A stretch of 64,000 nt of DNA. Source: Myxococcota bacterium. GTDB lineage: Bacteria; Myxococcota_A; UBA9160; UBA6930. This document shows positions 1 to 10,334 of this stretch, piece after piece. Numbering within the stretch: the first letter of the stretch is position 1; every line of letters starts with the position of its first letter. Location: assembly GCA_965223705.1 (NCBI GenBank), contig OZ245015.1, forward strand, positions 4,096,001 to 4,160,000, given 5' to 3'. The notes beneath the pieces are model-generated. The model ran no database searches. It was not told the origin of the DNA and saw only the letters and a program-made list of their open reading frames with translations. Both the position numbers and the translations under genes were made by a program.

Positions 1-33
1 CTCGGGTGGAACCCGGCGCAGTATAGATCCGTT

Positions 34-900
34 TCACGAACTTCCGCGAAGTCCGTGCAAAAGCGTCGTTTTGATCGTGCGCACGCCGGGCTTGCCGACG
101 GGCGCCGCCGGTGCGGACAGGTCCGCGAGCACTTCTTCGGAGAGCGCGCGCATCTCGTCGAAAATTCGCGTGCCGCGTGCGTGATGCAAGATGGAGCCGG
201 GTGTCGCCGACGCCGAATTCAGCGTTTCGAGCCGCGGGCTGCGCGATAGGCTGGCGGCGTAGTGGGCCAAGCCCCGCTCGACGACCTCGGCGCGAAGGTC
301 GGCGAAAAACCCCCGCCCTCGCGAGGAAGCCTCGGTCCGCCGGTCGACCAATGTGAACACGACCCTCGCCCGAGCCACCGGAACGCGAAGTCGTGTCAGC
401 AGATCGACCAACCGGAAAGCCTCGTCGAGCGCTGTGCGATCCGAAACCGGGAGCAAGATGCGGTCTGCCGCAACAAGCGCGTTTTGCGTCAGCGCTTCGA
501 GGTCGCTCTTCGTGTCGATCAGCACGATACCCGGCCAGTCGCTGCGATCGAGCATCTCCCGGAGGATTCTCGGATCCGCCGCCCGGGCCTTGAGGAGTGC
601 CGTGTCGGGCGGCGTCGGCACGTAGTGCACGCCGTACTCGCCGAGACGAGCGACGCGTTCAAAGCTCCGCTCGGCCCAGGCGTGTTTCAAGTTCCCGGGC
701 TCGCTCCCCCGTCGGCCGTCCGGCGACTGAAGCGCGAACATCCGATCGATCACCCGCTGGTCGTCGAGCCCGACCAACAGAACCGGGAGTTCTTCCCGAA
801 GTGCCCGCAAATAAATGGCGAGGTTCGTCGCGAGGGTCGTCTTCCCGACGCCGCCTTTGTTGGAGCACACCGCTATGACCGCTCGGGGGGTCGAGGTCAC
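34..900 (-). CDS. ParA/Soj-family ATPase
   Basis: Deviant Walker A SNKGGVGKTT, LIDT Walker B region; 288 aa. Confidence 0.85.
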   Translation of the reverse strand: MTSTPRAVIAVCSNKGGVGKTTLATNLAIYLRALREELPVLLVGLDDQRVIDRMFALQSPDGRRGSEPGNLKHAWAERSFERVARLGEYGVHYVPTPPDTALLKARAADPRILREMLDRSDWPGIVLIDTKSDLEALTQNALVAADRILLPVSDRTALDEAFRLVDLLTRLRVPVARARVVFTLVDRRTEASSRGRGFFADLRAEVVERGLAHYAASLSRSPRLETLNSASATPGSILHHARGTRIFDEMRALSEEVLADLSAPAAPVGKPGVRTIKTTLLHGLRGSS

Positions 901-965
901 AGAGTCAGCTTAACCGAAAGGGGTCGAGGCACGAAAAACGCCGGCCGCTCTGGTAGGCTGCCGCG

Positions 966-1703
966 ATGTCGGTCTTGGGATTGATCCCCGCTCGCTACGC
1001 GTCGACGCGGTTTCCCGGAAAGCCGCTGGCGCCGATCCTCGGTGTTCCGATGATCGAACGTGTTTACCGCGGCGCCGCCGAGGCGACCTGCCTCGACGAT
1101 CTGCGAGTTGCGACTGACGACGCTCGGATCGCCGACGCGTGCCGCGATTTCGGAGCAGCGGTTTGCATGACGCGTGCGGACCACGCCACGGGCTCCGACC
1201 GCATCGCGGAAGTTGCCGGCCGCGAGGACGCCGAGATCGTCGTCAACATCCAGGGGGACGAGCCGCTCATCGAAGGCTTTGTCATCGACGCCGCCGTGAA
1301 CGCCCTGCGCGAGGAAAACGATGCGGTGATGTCGACACTCGCCCACGCGCTACCCGCGGTCGCACAGGACGACCCGAACCGTGTCAAAGTCGTGTGCGAT
1401 CAGCGCGGCGGCGCGCTCTACTTCTCACGCGCACCGATTCCCTTCCGACGAAACGCGGACGCTGCGGCTCCCGTCCTGCAACACATCGGTCTCTACGCCT
1501 ATCGTCGCGCGTTTCTTCTCGACTACGCCAAGCTCGCCGCGACGCCCCTCGAGAAGGGCGAAGCGCTGGAACAGCTACGCGTACTCGAACACGGTCATCG
1601 GATTCAAGTGGCGACCATCGAGGCTTGGCAAAGCTTTCCGGTGGACGTTCCGGCGGACGTTCCGCGCGTAGAAGCCGAGCTCATCCGGCGGGGGCGCGAT
1701 TAG
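966..1703 (+). CDS. kdsB: 3-deoxy-manno-octulosonate cytidylyltransferase
   Basis: IPARYASTRFPGKPL, NIQGDEP, HIGLYAY and LEQLR motifs. Confidence 0.95.
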   Translation: MSVLGLIPARYASTRFPGKPLAPILGVPMIERVYRGAAEATCLDDLRVATDDARIADACRDFGAAVCMTRADHATGSDRIAEVAGREDAEIVVNIQGDEPLIEGFVIDAAVNALREENDAVMSTLAHALPAVAQDDPNRVKVVCDQRGGALYFSRAPIPFRRNADAAAPVLQHIGLYAYRRAFLLDYAKLAATPLEKGEALEQLRVLEHGHRIQVATIEAWQSFPVDVPADVPRVEAELIRRGRD

Positions 1704-1942
1704 CCTTCGCGCGACTTCGCTCCGGCGTCGCGAAGCGCCGCGACGCTCGACACCGTCGATACGCCGTAGGGCACGAAAATCGTGAGGAGCATCTTCAGCA
1801 CATCGGCCGTTTCGATCCGGCCGGCGAGAATGCGATCGCCGTAGTTGATGGCGATGAGCAGCGTGCCCACGATGGCCGCGATGCGGAGCGCGCGGCGGAC
1901 CACGTCCGGTCGCCTCGCCAGCTCGAAGAAGCCCGGTTTCAT
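1700..1942 (-). CDS. NrtS-like small membrane protein (80 aa)
   Basis: C-terminal part of ORF 1700..2500; ATG at 1942 overlaps the upstream stop (ATGA); VGTLLIAINYGD...VPYGVST pattern. Confidence 0.7.
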   Translation of the reverse strand: MKPGFFELARRPDVVRRALRIAAIVGTLLIAINYGDRILAGRIETADVLKMLLTIFVPYGVSTVSSVAALRDAGAKSREG

Positions 1943-2601
1943 GCCTCTCGTGAAAACTTGCGCAAGGCGAACAGCAGGGGCGTGACGAGGAGCATCGCGC
2001 CCGCGACGGGTGCCAGGACGTGACCGAGAAACAAGTGAACGGGATCGTCGTACGTGCAGTGGGTCATGCTCGCTATGGTGCTCAGTGCCGCCGAGCCCGC
2101 CGCTGCGGCGATCACGATAAACACCGGCCGCATGGCGGCGGCGCGCCCGGCAAACCAGAGCGCGGCTGCCGAAGGCAATAGAGCCGCGACACAGGCCATG
2201 ATGAGGCACGTCAGATGTGCGGCGAAGGGCGCCGACGCGACGGTCTCCGGGCGGTTGGCGATGAGCAACGACGTGACGGCCGCCGCTACGCCGAGCCCGC
2301 CGGCCCCGACGAAAAAACCGGCGCGAGTCGCCGCTTCGCGGCCCGGCACCGCGGCCGCCAGCGCGGCGATGACGCCTCCGAGGCCCGCCACGCCCAGCGC
2401 CAGAAACACCGCGAGAAGCCCCTTGTCCATCAACAGCACGTCGGCGTAGTCGGATCGCACGCCGAGGACAAACGCACCGATCAGGGAGACCAACAACCAA
2501 AAGGCGACGACCACCACGCCCATCGTGCGCAGCCGCGGAATCGGACGAACCGGCGTGAGGTCTTCGCTCAATGCGCGAATGAGATCGTCCGGGCCCGTCA
2601 T
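1939..2601 (-). CDS. NrsF/DUF1109-family membrane anti-sigma factor
   Basis: DDLIRALSEDLTPVRP N-terminus, about 6 TM segments, Cys motifs (TCL..., HCTYDD...H); follows an ECF sigma. Confidence 0.8.
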   Translation of the reverse strand: MTGPDDLIRALSEDLTPVRPIPRLRTMGVVVVAFWLLVSLIGAFVLGVRSDYADVLLMDKGLLAVFLALGVAGLGGVIAALAAAVPGREAATRAGFFVGAGGLGVAAAVTSLLIANRPETVASAPFAAHLTCLIMACVAALLPSAAALWFAGRAAAMRPVFIVIAAAAGSAALSTIASMTHCTYDDPVHLFLGHVLAPVAGAMLLVTPLLFALRKFSREA

Positions 2602-2624
2602 ACGATCGTCGCCGCCCCCGCCCA

Positions 2625-3191
2625 CTACCATCGTTCGTTCCCGAGTGCGTCGCGCAAGCCGCGATAGCCGCGGTGGGCGCGCAACTTGAGCGCGCCAGAA
2701 CTCACACCGACTCGGTTTGCCGCTTCTTCGACGCTCAAGCCCTCGAGCTTCAGCAAGATGACCGCTTCGCGCTGGGCATCCGGCAGCAACGCGAGCGCGC
2801 GCGACAGCTCGGGCGAGAGACCGCGCTCGAACTCGTCCGGGGAGGGTCCCGTAGCTTTGGGCTCGACGTTCTCGACGTCGACATGGCGTTTCAGGTCACG
2901 GGTTTGTCGACGGCCCCAGTCGATCGCGGCGTTGCGCGCGATGGTCCGAACCCACGGGCCGAGCGGCCGCTCGGGGCGGTAGGTGTGACGCGCCGTGTGA
3001 ATCGAAAGCAGAACTTCTTGCATGACGTCGTCCGCCGCACTCGTATCGGAGACACGTCCGCGGACCACACGGCGAACGAACGGGACGAGATCTTCGAGCA
3101 GTCGGGCGTACGCCGCCTGATCGCCGCCTTGGGCCGCGGCCATCCACTCTCGCCAGCGCGGGTCCTCCTGAGACTGCGTCTCATCGCTCAT
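2625..3191 (-). CDS. ECF sigma factor (SigF/ECF16-like)
   Basis: MAAAQGGDQAAY, DVMQEVLLSIH..RHTY, region 4 ending LKLRAHRG. Confidence 0.88.
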   Translation of the reverse strand: MSDETQSQEDPRWREWMAAAQGGDQAAYARLLEDLVPFVRRVVRGRVSDTSAADDVMQEVLLSIHTARHTYRPERPLGPWVRTIARNAAIDWGRRQTRDLKRHVDVENVEPKATGPSPDEFERGLSPELSRALALLPDAQREAVILLKLEGLSVEEAANRVGVSSGALKLRAHRGYRGLRDALGNERW

Positions 3192-3354
3192 ACGTTCTGC
3201 CACCACGCGGAGTTACGGCCACCGGCCGGGTTGCGGAAAATCCTAGCCATCGGCCCCGCGGGATACAAAATCGAAAAAGCGAAAGATTCTCTGCTACCTC
3301 CCGCCGTTTTTCGCCACTACCGGTACAGCAAAGCCAGATATCCCCTTCCCAGGA

Positions 3355-3387
3355 AGGCCCGGAACCGCACTCTGCGGTTCCGGGCCT
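3355..3387. terminator. 15-bp perfect inverted repeat; possible terminator or stabilising hairpin
   Basis: AGGCCCGGAACCGCA-ctc-TGCGGTTCCGGGCCT, about 30 nt downstream of the 3420 stop; no clear U-tract. Confidence 0.45.
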
Positions 3388-3419
3388 CTCCATTTGGGGA
3401 AAACGTCGATTTCGGGCGC

Positions 3420-3866
3420 TTAGAAGTCGGGCTGGAGGATCAGAACGAGCCGCCCGTCCTGATAGTTCGGCCCACCGATCACGAGAGGCTTGCCGCGTTG
3501 GACCCGGAAATCGCCCTGGGCACTGCCTTTCCAATCGACCGACAGCAAGACGCCGGCATCGGAAATGTCTCCGGCGCGGGCTTTGACGGACGTTCCGTTC
3601 GGGAGTCCATGGCTCCATAGCTGGCCTTCGGCGATGCGGTGGCGGCTGCTCTCGAGGACCTTGAGCGAGGAGTACCGGAGCTGCTTGCCGAGGATCGCGT
3701 GAGCGCGGGCAGCGGCGGGCGTCGACTCGACGCCCGCGCCGGACTCGGAGACCAGGGCGACGGTCAGGGAAACTTGCACGTCGCCGGCCCGAGCCGCGGA
3801 AGCGACCACAAGCAAGAGCAGCGCGAAAAAGGCAACGGCGGGGAGCCTTCGGCTAACCCAGTCCAT
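3420..3866 (-). CDS. Hypothetical secreted protein
   Basis: Signal peptide (RRLPAVAFFALLLLVVASAARA); overlaps the anti-sigma gene end. Confidence 0.7.
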   Translation of the reverse strand: MDWVSRRLPAVAFFALLLLVVASAARAGDVQVSLTVALVSESGAGVESTPAAARAHAILGKQLRYSSLKVLESSRHRIAEGQLWSHGLPNGTSVKARAGDISDAGVLLSVDWKGSAQGDFRVQRGKPLVIGGPNYQDGRLVLILQPDF

Positions 3867-4326
3867 CGATCCTCCTCTGGGACAATTCCTCGGGATCCGG
3901 CCCGGGGACCCAGATGATGGTCGCTTCGGCGTCATCTTGTAAGACCATGACCGCTTTCCCGCGGGCGTCGAGCCACCGAATCGACTCGACCGAGGGAGTA
4001 CCGCTCCCGGGCAGGAGCAGCCACCAGCCGATCGCGAGACAAGCGACCGCTGCGCCGGCGGCCAGTTCCGGCCAGCGCCAGTGCCAGCTCGGCGCGGCGG
4101 CCGCAGCCGGTGACTCGAGCTGCTCGGAAATCCCCGCCCACAAATCGACGGACGGCTCCGCGTGCGCGTCGGCCCGCAGGGCCTCCCCTACTTCAGACCA
4201 ACGCGCGAGCTCCTCCTGGGCCGACGCGTCGTGGCGCAGGCTGCGGCCCACCCACCAACGACTGAGTCCCGAGAGTTCTCCGTCGTGATAGGCGAGGAGC
4301 CGACGTTCTCGACGAGAGAGCTTCAT
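3853..4326 (-). CDS. Single-TM anti-sigma factor (RseA/RsiW-like)
   Basis: LLAYHDGEL motif, DLWAGI, one TM; ATGA coupling to the ECF sigma. Confidence 0.75.
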   Translation of the reverse strand: MKLSRRERRLLAYHDGELSGLSRWWVGRSLRHDASAQEELARWSEVGEALRADAHAEPSVDLWAGISEQLESPAAAAAPSWHWRWPELAAGAAVACLAIGWWLLLPGSGTPSVESIRWLDARGKAVMVLQDDAEATIIWVPGPDPEELSQRRIDGLG

Positions 4327-5018
4327 TCGCCCTCCTCCGGCGCAACGGTTCCCGGGCTGATCCCGGCCGCCAGCAACGTGGCCTTCACTTGTTTGCGCGC
4401 GTAGTGCAAGCGGCTCATCACCGTGCCTTTCGGAATCCCCAGCGCCTTGGCGATCTCTGCGTAACTCAATCCGTCCACCTCGCGCATCACCAACGTGTCC
4501 CGGGGACCTTCGGGGAGTAGCGCCACCGCCTTCGCGATCTGCTCGCGGAGTTCTCCGCGCAGCGTTTCCGCGGCCGGCTCGAAGGCCACGCCCGCAACTT
4601 CGGGCGGCGCCATCTGCCCCGCCGCGACCTCCAGGGGGTCGGCATCTTCGAACTCCGCGAAGCGCTCGGGCCGGGCCCTCCGCTTCATGTCGAGGCACTG
4701 GTTCATCACCAAGCGGTAGAACCAGGTGTAGAATTTCGCGCGGCCCTCGAACTTTCCAAGCGAGCGGTACGCCTTGAGAAAAGCCTCCTGAACGGCGTCG
4801 CGCGCAGCGTCCTCATCCCGAAGCACGCGCCGGGCCAGCCCCAGCGCGCGGCCTTGATAGCGATCGACGAGCACCCGAAACGCATCGCTCTCGCCCGCTC
4901 TCACCCGACGGACGACCTCGGCGTCCGACCAGCCCGCGGGGCCTCGCTCATCCTCCTTACTGAGTTGAGACGGGCCGCCCGCCTTGGGTATTCGCGCTTT
5001 CTCAGGGGTGTCGCTCAA
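4323..5018 (-). CDS. ECF sigma factor (RpoE/SigW-like)
   Basis: DAVQEAFLKAY, FYTWFYR, LSYAEIA..LGIPKGTVMSRLHYAR. Confidence 0.9.
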   Translation of the reverse strand: MSDTPEKARIPKAGGPSQLSKEDERGPAGWSDAEVVRRVRAGESDAFRVLVDRYQGRALGLARRVLRDEDAARDAVQEAFLKAYRSLGKFEGRAKFYTWFYRLVMNQCLDMKRRARPERFAEFEDADPLEVAAGQMAPPEVAGVAFEPAAETLRGELREQIAKAVALLPEGPRDTLVMREVDGLSYAEIAKALGIPKGTVMSRLHYARKQVKATLLAAGISPGTVAPEEGE

Positions 5019-7672
5019 TGAGCCGCTCGCCAGCTCGAGCCGACGCCCACATCCACCGAGAGCGGGACGGAGAGCTCCGCCACGCCCTCCATGTGTTCCC
5101 GGACCCGCTCTTCGAGAGCCTCGCGATCGTTCTCGGACACTTCGAACACCAGCTCGTCGTGGACCTGCAAGATCAAGGCAGCTTCCAGCGGATCGTCCGC
5201 TACTGAGCGATGGATGGTCACCATCGCCTTCTTCATCAGATCGGCCGCGGTTCCCTGAATCACCGTGTTGACGGCCATTCTCTCGGCCGCGCTGCGGAGC
5301 GCGCGATTCTTCGAGCGCAGATCCGGCAAGTAGCGCCGCCGCCCGAGGAGCGTCGTCACATACCCCTCTTCTTTCGCGCGCTCGCGGGTCTCCTCGATGA
5401 AGTCGCGCACCCCGCCGTAGCGCGCGAAATACGCATCGATCGTCTCCTGAGCCTCGGCGCTGGCGATGTGCAACTGGTTCGCGAGCCCGAAGGCCGAGAG
5501 GCCGTAGATGATTCCGAAGTTCACGGCCTTCGCCCGAGCCCGCGCGTCGTCGTCGACGTCCTCGAGAGCGATGCCCGCGACCTCGGCGGCGGTGCGCCGA
5601 TGAATATCCTGGCCGGTTTGAAACGCGTCGATCAGACTCGGGTCCCCGGAGAAGTGCGCCAGGATCCGGAGCTCGACCTGGGAATAGTCGGCCGACATCA
5701 GGATCCGTCCCTCGGCGGGAACGAAAGCTTCCCGAATACGCACGCCGTCCTCAGTTCGAATCGGAATGTTCTGAACATTCGGGTGAGACGACGAGAGTCG
5801 CCCCGTCGCCGCGCCAGTCTGATGAAACGTGGGATGGATCCGTCCGGTTCGTTTGTCGACAAGAGGCGGCAGGGCGACGACGTACGTGCTGCGGAGCTTC
5901 GACAATCGGCGAAACGCCAGCACGTAGGAAGGAAGCTCATGGTGCGCCGCGAGCTGCTCGAGAACACCCTCATCGGTGGAGTAGCCGGTCTTCGTCTTCC
6001 GGATGACGGGCAACGCCAACTTCTCGAACAGGATGTGCTGGAGCTGTTTGGGTGACCCGACGGAGAACTCTTCGCCGGCGAGCTCGAAGATCCGCGCTTC
6101 GATCCGCGCGAGCTCGTCGTCGAACTCCTTCTCGAGCCGGCCGAGCACGCTTTCGTCGATGCGCACACCGCGGCGCTCCATCGCGGAGAGCACTTCGCAA
6201 AGAGGCATCTCGACTTCGCGAAAGAGCGAATCGAGCCCATCGCGCTCGAGAAGCGGCGCTTGGTGCGAGGCGAGTTCGAGAAGGGCCGCGGCTTGATTCG
6301 CGGCCCAGGCCGCTACGTCCGCACGATCGAGCTCGTGAGCGGGCGTCGCCTTCGCGCCTTTCCCGGCCACGTCCTCCCACGCGTCGATTCTTCGATCGAG
6401 AAATCGCGCGGCCTGTGCTTTCGGCGTTCGCGGGGCGGCCGGATCGAGGAGGAAACCGCCGAGCTCGACGTCGAACGCCGGTGCCGGAACGGAACAGCCG
6501 GCTTCGGCGAAGAGGGTCAGCAGCGTCTTGCTGTTCCAGGCCACCCACTCGGGAGCGCCGCGACCCGAGAAGACCTTCGACACCGTGCCCCAGAGGTCGT
6601 CCCGCGTGAGCTTCGAAGTTTCTTCGTTGACGTCGAAGTAGAACGCGACCCCCTCTTCTCCGACCACCGCGATGCCCACCGGATCTGCGGGTAGCCCCCC
6701 CGGGCTGTCGATGCCCGCGGCTACCAACGCGATGCGAGGTGACTTGCGAAGCGCCGTTGCCGCTTTCTTCGCGGCGCCGGACGTCGAAACCGTCGTGCAC
6801 GAAAGTTCGGAATTCGTCGTTTCGGAGGCGGGGGCACCGAACTCGTCGAGGAGACGCGTGAACTCGAGCCGCGTGAACAGAGCGCGCAGGGTGTCGGCGT
6901 CGGGTTCCTGACACACGAACTGCTTCTTGTCCCACGCGACAGGCACGTCCGTACGCAGCGTCGCCAGCTCCTTCGACAGACGCGCGGCGTCGGCCTGCTC
7001 TTCGAGTGCCGTGCGGGCCTTCTTGCCGCTTACCTCGCCCGCGTTTTCCAACAAGTTCTCGAGCGTGCCCCACTCCGTGATCAGCTTGGCGGCGCCCTTC
7101 TCGCCGATGCCCTTCACGCCGGGGATGTTGTCGCTCGGGTCTCCGACGAGAGCGCGCACGTCGAGGAGCTTGTCCGGTGGAACGCCGAAGCGTTCCTCGA
7201 CTTCGGTCGGTCCGACGCGCCGATCCTTCATGGTGTCGAGAAGAACGACCTTCCCCGAAACGAGCTGCATCAAATCTTTGTCCGTCGATACGACGAGGAG
7301 CTCGCCACCCTTCGGCGCCGTGGCAGCCAGGGTCGCGATGACGTCGTCCGCTTCGAACCCCTTCACCTCGAGGATCGGAATGCGAAGTGCCTCCGCGAGC
7401 TCGGGCAACACCGCGAATTGGGCCCGTAGATCTTCGGGCTGAGCTTCCCGGTTGGCTTTGTATTCGGGGTAGAGATCGTTGCGAAAACTCCCTCCCGAAG
7501 GATCCATCGCGATGACGATCCCGTCCGGCTCCTCTTCTCGGAGCACCTTGCGAACCATATTGGTGAAACCGAGAAGCGCGTTCGTCGGAAGGCCATCGCT
7601 GTTGCGCAGCGGCGGGATCGCGAAGAACGCCCGGTAGAAGCAGTTCGCGGCGTCGATGACGACGAGGCGCAT
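5015..7672 (-). CDS. polA: DNA polymerase I
   Basis: 5'-3' exonuclease (EADD, GDPSDNIPGV) and polymerase motifs (DYSQVELR, KAVNFG, LQVHDEL). Confidence 0.98.
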   Translation of the reverse strand: MRLVVIDAANCFYRAFFAIPPLRNSDGLPTNALLGFTNMVRKVLREEEPDGIVIAMDPSGGSFRNDLYPEYKANREAQPEDLRAQFAVLPELAEALRIPILEVKGFEADDVIATLAATAPKGGELLVVSTDKDLMQLVSGKVVLLDTMKDRRVGPTEVEERFGVPPDKLLDVRALVGDPSDNIPGVKGIGEKGAAKLITEWGTLENLLENAGEVSGKKARTALEEQADAARLSKELATLRTDVPVAWDKKQFVCQEPDADTLRALFTRLEFTRLLDEFGAPASETTNSELSCTTVSTSGAAKKAATALRKSPRIALVAAGIDSPGGLPADPVGIAVVGEEGVAFYFDVNEETSKLTRDDLWGTVSKVFSGRGAPEWVAWNSKTLLTLFAEAGCSVPAPAFDVELGGFLLDPAAPRTPKAQAARFLDRRIDAWEDVAGKGAKATPAHELDRADVAAWAANQAAALLELASHQAPLLERDGLDSLFREVEMPLCEVLSAMERRGVRIDESVLGRLEKEFDDELARIEARIFELAGEEFSVGSPKQLQHILFEKLALPVIRKTKTGYSTDEGVLEQLAAHHELPSYVLAFRRLSKLRSTYVVALPPLVDKRTGRIHPTFHQTGAATGRLSSSHPNVQNIPIRTEDGVRIREAFVPAEGRILMSADYSQVELRILAHFSGDPSLIDAFQTGQDIHRRTAAEVAGIALEDVDDDARARAKAVNFGIIYGLSAFGLANQLHIASAEAQETIDAYFARYGGVRDFIEETRERAKEEGYVTTLLGRRRYLPDLRSKNRALRSAAERMAVNTVIQGTAADLMKKAMVTIHRSVADDPLEAALILQVHDELVFEVSENDREALEERVREHMEGVAELSVPLSVDVGVGSSWRAAH

Positions 7673-8317
7673 TCAGTCGGTCCGGCGCAGTCCGCGGAGG
7701 AAGAGCTCGACCATCGCCTCGAAGCTGTCGTCGAGGGAGTTTCGACGGAGCTCGCGGCGAGCGGGCACTTCCTCACTGCGAATCAAGGCGTTGGCCGAGC
7801 TCCACAAGAGGTTGGCCAGCAGCCACGGATCGCAATCCGCGAACTCTCCGCTCTCGACGCCCGCTTCGATCGCGCTGCACAACTCCTGCAAACAGCTCCG
7901 CCACAACCGCGTGACTTCGTCGACGACGGCGCGCGGCAACTCGCCGATGATCGGCTGGTTTTCAACCGCCCAAAAGATCTGGAAGTACTCGGGGTTCTTG
8001 TGCCAGTGCTCGCGATAGAACTGCGCCAGCGAGCGGATTCGCGCTCGCGCGTCGTCTTGTCCCGCCAACGCCTCCCGCAAGCGGGCGAGAAACGCTTCGC
8101 CGTTTTCCGAGAGCACCGCCACGTAGAGCTCGGCCTTGTTCTCGAAGTAGCGGTACAGGGTGCCCTTCGCGAGCCCGGCGCCGGTCGCCACGTCGTCGAG
8201 GTTCGCGTCCATAAAACCGTCCCGGAAGAACACCTCGCGCGCGGCGTCGAGGATCTTCTGGCGCGATGCCGCCTTTCTCCCGGCGCGGGGCGTCGCCCCC
8301 GCTGCATGGGACGTCAT
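7673..8317 (-). CDS. TetR/AcrR family regulator
   Basis: N-terminal HTH AGLAKGTLYRYFENK. Confidence 0.9.
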   Translation of the reverse strand: MTSHAAGATPRAGRKAASRQKILDAAREVFFRDGFMDANLDDVATGAGLAKGTLYRYFENKAELYVAVLSENGEAFLARLREALAGQDDARARIRSLAQFYREHWHKNPEYFQIFWAVENQPIIGELPRAVVDEVTRLWRSCLQELCSAIEAGVESGEFADCDPWLLANLLWSSANALIRSEEVPARRELRRNSLDDSFEAMVELFLRGLRRTD

Positions 8318-8324
8318 GATGGCC

Positions 8325-9281
<957 letters not shown>

Positions 9282-9332
9282 GGGGTCCTCACTTGGTGGC
9301 CCCGGGAGGTTACCTCGGCGCCTCCTCCGGTG

Positions 9333-10334
9333 TCACCCGGACGCCCCGATGCGAAGATCGCGATCGCCGAAGAGTTCTTCGACGAGAACCGTGGCGTAGC
9401 TCCCGGGCGGCAGCCGAAATCGGAGAAGCCAGCGGCACGGTGCTTCGACCCGGACCTCGACGGCGCCGGGATCGACGCGCAGCGGGCGCCGCGCGCCGGG
9501 AAGCCGCACTCCGCGAGGTGGCCGGATCGCAGCCGGCGCAGCAAAGCCTTCCGACGCGAGGACGGCGCGCTCGCGCTCACCCGGCGCGCCGGACGCGAGC
9601 GGCGCGCGCGTGCCGAAGAGTGGACCGCTGGGACTCACGGCGAGTTCCGCGAGGAGCGACTCGAACGCGGCGGGGTCGTCGATCCGCCGTGTTCTGCCGT
9701 CGCGGTGGTCGTACGCGATGTCGCCCATTTCGAGCCGATCGATTGCCGGCCTCTCCGCGAGTACCCGATTGAACAGCAGCGACTGCCACGCCGAAAGGTA
9801 GAAGCGGTCGTCCCGATGGCCGCGTCGCCGGCGCTCGCCGCGAAGGAGCTCTCGCCCTCGCGACGCGTTGCGACCGTCCCCGCCGAAGCGTTGACCTCCG
9901 AAACGGTTCGGCATCCCCGATCGGCGCAGCTCGCGCGCGCGCGCCCGAACGCGCTCAAGCCGGTCGGTGGATGGGCCGTACACGACGAGTTCGAAGTCGT
10001 TGGCGCAGAGCTGGCCGGTCCTCAGTTTTTCGCGACCGCGCACAGCCCGCAGCACGCGCGCGCTCGTCAGCTCGAACGACGCCGCTGCGTCGGGGTCGAG
10101 ACCCGGAACGGAGAACCACTGGCGCGCCACCGCGTGGCGGTCCTTGCGACCGGCGTAGCCGATCGCACGGGACTCGACACCTGCGTGTTCCGCCAACGCG
10201 AGGGCCACCGCTTCGGTGGTGACGCCGGTTTTCTCGACCCAAACATACGTGTGCTCGCCCGCGCCCTCGGGCTCTCGTAGCGCGACTTCGTCGACGCGGA
10301 AGTCTTCGGGGCGCCTCGCGAGTTCGAGTGTCAC
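9333..10334 (-). CDS. truD: tRNA pseudouridine(13) synthase
   Basis: PEDFRVDE, YAGRKDRHAV, NRFGGQRFG, FRLPPGSYAT. Confidence 0.93.
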   Translation of the reverse strand: MTLELARRPEDFRVDEVALREPEGAGEHTYVWVEKTGVTTEAVALALAEHAGVESRAIGYAGRKDRHAVARQWFSVPGLDPDAAASFELTSARVLRAVRGREKLRTGQLCANDFELVVYGPSTDRLERVRARARELRRSGMPNRFGGQRFGGDGRNASRGRELLRGERRRRGHRDDRFYLSAWQSLLFNRVLAERPAIDRLEMGDIAYDHRDGRTRRIDDPAAFESLLAELAVSPSGPLFGTRAPLASGAPGERERAVLASEGFAAPAAIRPPRGVRLPGARRPLRVDPGAVEVRVEAPCRWLLRFRLPPGSYATVLVEELFGDRDLRIGASG

